NCBI GenBank assembly: GCA_903839895.1
Contig: CAIMDW010000005.1
Coordinates: forward strand, 1 to 33,103
Source of the DNA: Candidatus Staskawiczbacteria bacterium
Lineage (GTDB): Bacteria; Patescibacteriota; Minisyncoccia; Minisyncoccales; Staskawiczbacteraceae
Length of the DNA: 33,103 bases
Reading direction: 5' to 3'
A model generated the notes under the pieces. That model saw nothing but the letters and a program-made list of their open reading frames with translations, was not told the origin of the DNA and did not search any database. This document shows, in pieces, positions 16,753 through 23,996 of the stretch. A program made the translations under genes and the position numbers. Position 1 is the first letter of the stretch. The number at the start of each line of letters is the position of its first letter.

Positions 16753-18585
16753 ATGCCAAAGGATTTAACATTCGTTGCCAGAACAAACTTTCGCGGTGCC
16801 GAGCAAAAATTCGGGATTAGAAGGAAAGATAGGCGCCAGCACATGTATGTGATTGGGAAAACCGGAACCGGTAAAACCCAGTTTTTAAAGAACATGGCAA
16901 TGCAGGATATCCATAACGGCGAAGGGCTTGCCATTATAGATCCGCATGGAGAGTTTGTGGAAGAAATTTTAGACAGCATTCCGCCTCATCGGATGAATGA
17001 TGTGGTTTATTTTAATCCTGCGGACATGGATTTTCCAGTCAGCTTCAACATTATGGATGTTCCAGATCCGAGGTATAAGCACTTGATTGCTTCGGGTCTG
17101 ATTGGAATTTTCACTAAAATTTGGGCCAATGTTTGGTCAGCCAGAATGGAATATATTTTGGCTAATTGCATTTTGGCTTTGCTGGACACTCCAGGAACCA
17201 CGCTTTTGGGCATACCAAGAATGCTGGTTGACAGGGATTATCGGCAGAAAATCATCAACAATTTAAAAGACCCGGTTGTAAAATCATTTTGGGTCAACGA
17301 ATATGAAGAATGGGAACCGAGGTATAGGAATGAAGCAATAGCTCCTGTGCAAAACAAAGTGGGACAGTTTTTGAATGTTTCGTTTGTCAGGAATATTGTT
17401 GGTCAGGCGAAAAACACCATTGATATCGACGATATAATGAATAGCGGAAAAATTTTGCTGGTCAATGTTTCCAAAGGAAGAATTGGAGAAGATAATTCGG
17501 CTATTTTGGGAGCTATGCTTATTACAAAAATACAGCTGACGGCGATGGAGCGAGTCAGGATTCCCGAAGACGAAAGAAAAGATTTTTATCTGTATGTCGA
17601 CGAGTTCCAGAATTTTGCCACAGATTCTTTTGTGAATATTTTGTCTGAAGCCAGAAAATACCGCTTAGATTTGATTATTGCCCACCAATATGTCGGCCAG
17701 CTGGTTACAGATACGAGCACGGCAGTCAGAGATGCTGTTTTTGGAAATGTGGGAACTATGGCTGTATTTAGAGTGGGAGCGGAAGATGCGGAATTTTTAG
17801 AGAAAGAGTTTGTCCCGGAATTTGAGCAGACCGATTTGATCCGTTTGGATAACCGTAATGTTTATACAAAGCTGATGATAGATGGCATTACTTCCAGGCC
17901 ATTTTCAGCCACAACTATCACTATAGATCCAACTGTCAAAGACGATAAAAAAAGGGAAGAAATAATCAAGCAATCCAGGGCAAAGCATTCTAAAAGCGTA
18001 AAAGTGGTGGAAGATGAAATTAACCGATGGGCTTCAAATATGGAGGCTCTAAGCGTTCCTGCGAAAGGCACTCCCGATATTTCCAATCTCCAGGATTCCA
18101 AGCCATTTTACCAATCCAATAATCCGAAATCTCCTAGTTCGAATCAGACAAAGCTGTACGACGCCATTTGTTCCAATTGCGGGAAGGCTACGAAAGTTAT
18201 TTTTCCTCCAGAGCCAGGACGCGCTGTTTATTGCAAAGCTTGCCTAAAAAAAATGAAGGATGAAAAGCCGGTAAAATGGACAAATAATTCGCCTGCGCAA
18301 GCAAATGCGCCAGCGCATGCCGAGCCGTCGAGCCAGCAGGCAAATAAGCAGGCGGGCGATTCGGCTTTAGCGGATTTAGGCATAGAATTTTCCCAGACAA
18401 AAGCGCAAAAAATAGAAAATATCTCTTTTCATAATCCAAAACGTAACGAAGAACACCACGAAAAGCCGAAGAGAAAAGAAATAAATCTGTCTGATTTGAA
18501 AAAAGCGCTGGAAGAATCGTTGGAAAAAAAGGATGGAGGCAAAGAGGAAAAGCAAACGGATTCGGGCGAAACAGTCAAACTTTAA
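16753..18585 (+). CDS. VirD4/TraD/TrwB-like (type IV coupling protein family) P-loop ATPase with a C-terminal CxxC-x17-CxxC zinc-ribbon tail
   Basis: Walker A: VIGKTGTGKTQF. IIDPHGEF...VYFNPAD...PVSFN is a TrwB/TraD-like arrangement. Walker B: DFYLYVDEFQNF. Also ARKYRLDLIIAHQY. The tail contains CSNCGKATKVIFPPEPGRAVYCKAC plus a low-complexity K/E-rich end. No N-terminal TM helices. Confidence 0.8.
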   Translation: MPKDLTFVARTNFRGAEQKFGIRRKDRRQHMYVIGKTGTGKTQFLKNMAMQDIHNGEGLAIIDPHGEFVEEILDSIPPHRMNDVVYFNPADMDFPVSFNIMDVPDPRYKHLIASGLIGIFTKIWANVWSARMEYILANCILALLDTPGTTLLGIPRMLVDRDYRQKIINNLKDPVVKSFWVNEYEEWEPRYRNEAIAPVQNKVGQFLNVSFVRNIVGQAKNTIDIDDIMNSGKILLVNVSKGRIGEDNSAILGAMLITKIQLTAMERVRIPEDERKDFYLYVDEFQNFATDSFVNILSEARKYRLDLIIAHQYVGQLVTDTSTAVRDAVFGNVGTMAVFRVGAEDAEFLEKEFVPEFEQTDLIRLDNRNVYTKLMIDGITSRPFSATTITIDPTVKDDKKREEIIKQSRAKHSKSVKVVEDEINRWASNMEALSVPAKGTPDISNLQDSKPFYQSNNPKSPSSNQTKLYDAICSNCGKATKVIFPPEPGRAVYCKACLKKMKDEKPVKWTNNSPAQANAPAHAEPSSQQANKQAGDSALADLGIEFSQTKAQKIENISFHNPKRNEEHHEKPKRKEINLSDLKKALEESLEKKDGGKEEKQTDSGETVKL

Positions 18586-18592
18586 TCAAACT

Positions 18593-18622
18593 AAAAACCG
18601 CTTTAAATCTATGCGGTTTTTT
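18593..18622 (+). terminator. weak hairpin plus T-run between ATPase-1 and Cys-rich protein 1 (possible partial terminator)
   Basis: aaaaaccgc (18593-18601) pairs with gcggttttt (18613-18621) across an 11-nt loop. The GC core is short, so confidence is low. Confidence 0.3.
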
Positions 18623-18636
18623 GCTAAGATGAAAAA

Positions 18637-20358
18637 ATGAATAGAGAAATTAAACAATGTCAAAATTGCAAGCAGAGCTTTACCATCGAGCCCGACGATT
18701 TTGCGTTTTACGAAAAGTTAAAAGTGCCAGCTCCGACTTTTTGTCCCGATTGCCGGTATCAGCGGCGCATTGCAAACCGAAACGAATGGAATTTTTACAA
18801 GCGCGATTGCGGGCTTTGCAAAAAAAGCATGGTTTCTATTTATAATCCAGCTTATTTTGGGCCGGTGTATTGCAACGATTGCTGGTGGTCTGATAAATGG
18901 GACCCTCTGGCATACGGAAGAGATTTTGATTTTTCAAAAACTTTTTTTGAGCAGTTCTCCAAACTGCGTTTTGAAACACCCCGTATAACGTTGGCAAATT
19001 CGAAAAGCATTAATTCAGAATACAGCAACCAATCGGAAGAAAACAAGAATTGTTATATGGTTGTCGCCACTGGCACAAGCGAGAATTGCATGTATGGAAA
19101 TTGGTATCAAGGAAGCAAGGATTGCGTGGATTGCTGGGCGATGTACAAATGCGAAATTATGTATGAATCCCTGAACTGTCGAGATTGTTACAAATGTTTT
19201 TTTGTGGAAGACAACAAGGATTGCCACGATATGTATTTTTCAAAAGATTGCCGGCTGTGCAGTAATTGTTTTGGATGTGTCAGCTTGCGCGGGAAAACTT
19301 ATTGCTGGTTCAATGAACAGCTTTCTAAAGATGAATATCAAAAACGTCTGGCAGAAGTTTTATGGACTCAAGAAAATATTGATAATCTGAGAAAAAAGCT
19401 TGATGAGTTTTCGCTTCAGAAACCGGTGAAATTTGAGCATAGCTATACAAAAAACGAAAATTCAACGGGAGATTACATTGGCGGAAATAAAAACGTGCAT
19501 TACGGATTCAATGCTAGGCTTTCTGAAAATTTAAAGTTTGGGCAAGATGCCTGGGAAGCGCGCGATTGTATGGACCTTACAGAAACTTTAGACAATGAAT
19601 TGGAATATGAAGGCGAGGGTTCCGGGTGGGGAAATAGGAACATAGCTTCTGCAAAATCTTGGTGGAATAACGACGCGTTGTATTCTGATTTGAATTTTAA
19701 TTGCAATAATATTTTTGGATGCGTTTCGCTTCATGCAAAGTCATACTGTATTTTAAACAAGCAATATTCTGAAAAAGAATATTATGATTTGAAAGAAAAG
19801 ATAATTGCTCACATGAGAAAAAATGGGGAATGGGGCGAATTTTTCCCAGCTGAAATATCGCCGTTTCCATATAATGATTCTTTGGCTCAGGATTATTTTC
19901 CAATGACAAAAGATGAAGTTATTGCGAAAGGATTGAGATGGCACGACCGCGATGCCAGGGATTACAAAGTTACTTTGCCTCACGAAAATCTTCCCGAAAA
20001 AATAGGCGACGCAAGCGATTCTATTCTTAAAGAAGTTATAAGTTGCAGTTTACATGGTTTTCGATGCGCGACAGCTTTTAGGCTGCACCCAGCCGAGCTT
20101 CAATTCTATCGACAGTTTAATTTGCCAATTCCGCACAAGTGCTTTCCTTGCAGGCTTCAGGAAAGATTGGCAAGGCGCAACCCGCGCAAGCTTTGGCACC
20201 GCCAGTGCATGTGCCTGCCTGCCGGCAGGCAGGCGACAAACACTGCCAAACATTTCCATGGCGATAAACCTTGTCCTAACGAATTTGAAACTAGTTATGC
20301 TCCCGACAGGCCGGAAATTGTTTATTGCGAAGAGTGCTACAATAAAGAAGTAGCTTAA
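18637..20358 (+). CDS. cysteine-rich multi-zinc-ribbon protein, paralog 1 (function unknown)
   Basis: 573 aa with about 35 Cys by my count. The N-terminus has four CxxC pairs (CQNC...CPDC...CGLC...CNDC). The central module NCFGCVSLRGKTYCWFNEQLSKDEY recurs as NIFGCVSLHAKSYCILNKQYSEKEY. C-terminal: AFRLHPAELQFYRQFNLPIPHKCFPCR...YCEECYNKEVA. Confidence 0.85.
   Translation: MNREIKQCQNCKQSFTIEPDDFAFYEKLKVPAPTFCPDCRYQRRIANRNEWNFYKRDCGLCKKSMVSIYNPAYFGPVYCNDCWWSDKWDPLAYGRDFDFSKTFFEQFSKLRFETPRITLANSKSINSEYSNQSEENKNCYMVVATGTSENCMYGNWYQGSKDCVDCWAMYKCEIMYESLNCRDCYKCFFVEDNKDCHDMYFSKDCRLCSNCFGCVSLRGKTYCWFNEQLSKDEYQKRLAEVLWTQENIDNLRKKLDEFSLQKPVKFEHSYTKNENSTGDYIGGNKNVHYGFNARLSENLKFGQDAWEARDCMDLTETLDNELEYEGEGSGWGNRNIASAKSWWNNDALYSDLNFNCNNIFGCVSLHAKSYCILNKQYSEKEYYDLKEKIIAHMRKNGEWGEFFPAEISPFPYNDSLAQDYFPMTKDEVIAKGLRWHDRDARDYKVTLPHENLPEKIGDASDSILKEVISCSLHGFRCATAFRLHPAELQFYRQFNLPIPHKCFPCRLQERLARRNPRKLWHRQCMCLPAGRQATNTAKHFHGDKPCPNEFETSYAPDRPEIVYCEECYNKEVA
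18678..18710 (+). repeat. 33-nt exact DNA repeat, copy A (partner at 24038-24070)
   Basis: ctttaccatcgagcccgacgattttgcgtttta is identical in paralogs 1 and 3 and encodes FTIEPDDFAFY. Confidence 0.9.
20213..20234. repeat. 22-bp perfect GC-rich palindrome inside Cys-rich paralog 1
   Basis: gcctgcctgcc/ggcaggcaggc is self-complementary. It lies in a locally GC-rich patch of an AT-rich genome and in a segment absent from paralog 3. Confidence 0.9.
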
Positions 20359-20469
20359 AGGTCGAGGTTATTTAAGCGAATAAGGCATCGCCGTCATTAA
20401 AGCAGTAGGGCAATCGATATATTATACTTTAATTTCGGCGTGAATTTACTCGCTTGCTCATAAATTCAT

Positions 20470-20775
20470 ATGATCTTTATTTATGTGCCGTGCCAGAATT
20501 TGGATACGGCTAAAAATATTGCTAAGCTTTTGGTGGAAAAGAGGATGGCGGGCAAGGTGGATATTTTGCCTACCGATTCTTTTTTTCGCGCTGGCGAAAA
20601 TGTCGCCGAGGTTGCGGGGGCGGCCATGATTATTATGACCATAGACAAACATGTCCAAGATATAGAGGATGTTGTCAGGGAACATTATCAAGATGGCGTC
20701 CCTTGCATGGCCACAATTTCTTTGTATCGGCTGAATCGCGACTTTAAAGACTGGCTGATTGCTGCCACTGACTAG
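20470..20775 (+). CDS. cutA: CutA1-like divalent-cation tolerance family protein
   Basis: 101 aa. IFIYVPCQNLDTAKNIAKLLVEKRMAGKVDILP...MIIMTIDKHVQDIEDVVREHYQDGVPCMATISLYRLNRDFKDWL follows the CutA1 pattern (v-T-x-p-x-x-x-A-x-x-i-a-x-x-L-v-e-x-r-l-A-x-C-v-n-i..., H-p-Y-e-x-P-e-i, y-x-x-W-l). Confidence 0.55.
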   Translation: MIFIYVPCQNLDTAKNIAKLLVEKRMAGKVDILPTDSFFRAGENVAEVAGAAMIIMTIDKHVQDIEDVVREHYQDGVPCMATISLYRLNRDFKDWLIAATD

Positions 20776-20779
20776 GAGA

Positions 20780-20808
20780 TTGATAAAATTGCCTTAAAAA
20801 GCTATTAT
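20780..20808 (+). promoter_or_regulatory. candidate sigma-70-type promoter for the second ATPase / Cys-rich module
   Basis: TTGATA (20780-20785), 17-nt spacer, TATTAT (20803-20808), 35 nt before the ATG at 20844. Confidence 0.45.
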
Positions 20809-20843
20809 TAGAAAATAGTTAAAGTCTTAAATTACAAACTTTC

Positions 20844-22307
20844 ATGTCAGCTGAAAACAATAGAATTCGCAGGTTTAAATTGGCGCCTCCTCCACCGGAG
20901 TTGCCTATTTATGGTTCAGTAGACCCCAAAGAATGCTCATTTATTGGCAAGACCAATTATGAAGCGGCTTTGCAGGAGCAAAAGTTCATTTTTGGGGTAA
21001 AAAGGGTGGACAGGCGCAGGCATTTGTATATTGTGGGAAAATCCGGAGTGGGAAAGTCAAAGCTTTTGGAGCTTTTTGTGCGCCAAGACATTGGGTACGG
21101 CCACGGGCTTTGCTTTATCGATCCTCACGGAGATGTTATTGATGCAATCTTGGATTTTATTCCGGAAAACCGAATTGACGACGTGGTGCTTATTGACCCA
21201 TCCGACTCCAAGTATCCAATTTCATTTAACCCCTTGGCAAATATAGACCCAAGCTTCAAGCACCAGCTCACGCAGGGCTTGATTGAGGTGCTAGAAAGGC
21301 AATTTGGCGCCAACTGGACACCCAGGCTTGAGCACGTGTTCCGCTTTACTTGCCTGGCTCTCTTGGATTATCCTCACGGCACTATGCGAGGCATGATTTC
21401 CATGCTTACCGACAGGAATTATCGACAGCTTGTGGTGGAATATATTCAAGACGACATGGTAAAACGCTTTTGGGCCATTGAATTTGCCGATTGGTCGGAA
21501 AAGTACGATACGGAAGCCATTATTCCATTGGTAAACAAATTGGCGCAATTTTTATCTGACCCTGCATTGCGCGGAATTTTTGGCCAAGAAGAAAACAAGG
21601 TTGATTTGGCAAAGCTGATGAATGAAGGGAAAATTATTTTGATAAACTTGTCCAAAGGAAAATTGGGAGAAGAAAATGCCAGCTTTTTCGGCTCAATGTT
21701 TATTACAAAAATAAAGCAGGCTGGCATGGAGCGCGCATCTCTTGCTGAAGACGAAAGAAAAGATTTTTACCTTTATGTCGACGAGTTCCATAACTTAATG
21801 ACTGAAACTTTTGAGAATATATTGTCTGAAGCCAGAAAATACGGCATCTGTCTTACCGTTGCTCACCAGTACATGGGCCAATTATTGCAAAAAGTCCAAC
21901 AGGCGGTTTTGGGAAACACGGGAACTATTATTGTCTTCCGCGTGGGCGGTGAGGATGCAGTCAGATTGGAACCTGAAATGGCACCAATATTCGGAGTCAA
22001 AGATATGGTAAACTTGGGAGTCCAGAATTTTTACATAAAAGAAACAATTGACGGAGAGGCTTATGATCCTTTTTCTGCTGAAACATTAAGCGTTTTGAAA
22101 CCGAATCACAGGTCTTTTAAAAAAGAAATTATTGATATGTCGCGTGAAAAGTATACTATTCCGGCCGAAGCGGCGCAAAAACTTATGCAACAGGAAGAAT
22201 CAAAAATTATGAGAAGCTCGCACGAAAAATCCATAATCCAGGGAAAAGGTAAAGGCCCGGAGGAAACCAAAAAACCGGAAGAAAAGACAGAAGAACCATT
22301 AATATAA
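20844..22307 (+). CDS. VirD4/TraD/TrwB-like P-loop ATPase, paralog 2 (no zinc-ribbon tail)
   Basis: Walker A: IVGKSGVGKSKL. Also FIDPHGDV...VLIDPSD...PISFNPL. Walker B: DFYLYVDEFHNL. Also ARKYGICLTVAHQY. Colinear with ATPase-1, including nucleotide-identical stretches (gaagacgaaagaaaagattttta at 17566-17588 and 21747-21769). Confidence 0.8.
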   Translation: MSAENNRIRRFKLAPPPPELPIYGSVDPKECSFIGKTNYEAALQEQKFIFGVKRVDRRRHLYIVGKSGVGKSKLLELFVRQDIGYGHGLCFIDPHGDVIDAILDFIPENRIDDVVLIDPSDSKYPISFNPLANIDPSFKHQLTQGLIEVLERQFGANWTPRLEHVFRFTCLALLDYPHGTMRGMISMLTDRNYRQLVVEYIQDDMVKRFWAIEFADWSEKYDTEAIIPLVNKLAQFLSDPALRGIFGQEENKVDLAKLMNEGKIILINLSKGKLGEENASFFGSMFITKIKQAGMERASLAEDERKDFYLYVDEFHNLMTETFENILSEARKYGICLTVAHQYMGQLLQKVQQAVLGNTGTIIVFRVGGEDAVRLEPEMAPIFGVKDMVNLGVQNFYIKETIDGEAYDPFSAETLSVLKPNHRSFKKEIIDMSREKYTIPAEAAQKLMQQEESKIMRSSHEKSIIQGKGKGPEETKKPEEKTEEPLI

Positions 22308-22317
22308 AATAAATTTT

Positions 22318-23979
22318 ATGCAGCCAGAAACAAAACAATGCGAAAAGTGTAAAAAGGATTTTGACATTTTGGCAGATGATATTCCGTTTTATGAAAAAAT
22401 GGATTTGCCTTTGCCGGCAATGTGTCCGACTTGCCGATTCAAATATCTTTTGGCATTTTGGACGTTTGGCAGATTTAGGATTGCCAAGTCCGCTTTGAGT
22501 GGAAAAACAATCATAACGGTCCTTCCAGAATCTGTTCCTTTTCCCATTTACGACCGCGCAGAATTTGTTTCGGACGACTGGGACCCACTAACTTATGGAA
22601 AAGATTATGACGCCTCGCGCCCTTTTATGGACCAGCTTGTTGAATTGCAATCAAAAGTTCCACATCCCCATCAATGCGGAGTTAAGAATTTGAATTGTGA
22701 CTGGACTGATGATGTTTGGGAATCAAAAGATGTGTATTTATCCAGGTCAGGAGCCTGGTGTGAATCCATAAATTATAGTTATCGCATGGTTAGTTCTAAA
22801 AATTGTACTGACCTCACTTATTGTTGGGAGCTTGAATATTGTTATGATTGCTTATATTGTTTCAAAAGTTATAATTTGAAATACTCTTTCAATTCTCGAG
22901 ATTGCATGGACAGCTTATTTTTATACGACTGCAGAAATTGCCAGAATTGCTTTATGTGCTGGAATTTAAGGAACCAGAAATATTGCATTTTAAACCAGCA
23001 ATATTCAAAAGAAGAGTACGAAAAAAAGATTCAAGAATACAATTTAAAATCAAGAAAGGAGATAGAGGAATTAAGAAAAGAATTTTGGCAGCATATCCGA
23101 CAAGATGCCGTGCATCGCGAAAATTGCGATGTCAAAGCAGTAAACTCCGTAGGAAATTTTCTTAACAATGATAAAAATTGTTATCAATGCCATTTCATTG
23201 AAAATTCCGAGAACAGCCGTTATACTTTGCGAGGTTGGGGAGGAAACGAAGATATTGATGTTATAGGTCCATACAATACAGAAAAATGCGGCACATGTTC
23301 AATGGATCAATATGGCTACGGAAATGTATGTAATCTTTATACAACTTCATGCCGATACTCTGTTTACTTGGATAATTGCGAGGAATCTGAATATTGTTTC
23401 GGATGCGTGGGGCTTAGAAAGAAAAAATATTGCATTTTGAACAAGCAATACACCGAAGAAGAATATAAAAATCTGGTTGAAAAAATTAAAAGTGATATGA
23501 AAAATAGGGGAGAATGGGGGAAATTTTGGCCGCTTTCTTCAGCCTATGCAGGCTACAACCTTTCTTTAGCTCAAATGCAATATCCAATGGCAAAGGATGA
23601 AGCTGTACAATTTGGCGCAAAATGGGAAGAAATTATCGAGCCTCACTATGAAAATATTGTCAGCGGAGATGATTTGCCAGATACAATCGGCGAGGTGGGC
23701 GATGAAATTGTAAAACAGCGCATACTGTGCCCCGAAACAAAATTGAGCTATAATATTACCAAAGAGGAATTGCAGTTTTACCGCGAGTACGGCATTCCGC
23801 TTCCAAGCAGGCATTTTGACTGGCGCACTTTGGAACGATTCAAACCCTTCAGCCAAATGGTAACTTTGCAAAAAGGAACTTGCCATTACTGCAAAAAAGA
23901 AATTGAGCATTATTACAGCCCCGAGCTTGGCTTCGAAAAAATAGCCTGCCTGGAATGCTACCAGCGCGAAGTGGCGTAA
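22318..23979 (+). CDS. cysteine-rich multi-zinc-ribbon protein, paralog 2
   Basis: 553 aa. CEKCKKDFDILADDIPFYEKMDLPLPAMCPTCR...; NCQNCFMCWNLRNQKYCILNQQYSKEEY and YCFGCVGLRKKKYCILNKQYTEEEY; C-terminal ELQFYREYGIPLPSRHF...CHYCKKE...CLECYQREVA. Confidence 0.85.
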   Translation: MQPETKQCEKCKKDFDILADDIPFYEKMDLPLPAMCPTCRFKYLLAFWTFGRFRIAKSALSGKTIITVLPESVPFPIYDRAEFVSDDWDPLTYGKDYDASRPFMDQLVELQSKVPHPHQCGVKNLNCDWTDDVWESKDVYLSRSGAWCESINYSYRMVSSKNCTDLTYCWELEYCYDCLYCFKSYNLKYSFNSRDCMDSLFLYDCRNCQNCFMCWNLRNQKYCILNQQYSKEEYEKKIQEYNLKSRKEIEELRKEFWQHIRQDAVHRENCDVKAVNSVGNFLNNDKNCYQCHFIENSENSRYTLRGWGGNEDIDVIGPYNTEKCGTCSMDQYGYGNVCNLYTTSCRYSVYLDNCEESEYCFGCVGLRKKKYCILNKQYTEEEYKNLVEKIKSDMKNRGEWGKFWPLSSAYAGYNLSLAQMQYPMAKDEAVQFGAKWEEIIEPHYENIVSGDDLPDTIGEVGDEIVKQRILCPETKLSYNITKEELQFYREYGIPLPSRHFDWRTLERFKPFSQMVTLQKGTCHYCKKEIEHYYSPELGFEKIACLECYQREVA

Positions 23980-23996
23980 AATAAATAATAAAGTAT

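Noticed and set aside
20050-20353. Overlapping ORFs (69 aa on -, 99 aa on +) both containing LPAGR-like peptides
   Set aside because: They are artefacts of the GC-rich palindrome at 20213-20234 inside paralog 1. The paralog-1 frame is supported by homology to paralogs 2 and 3 on both sides.
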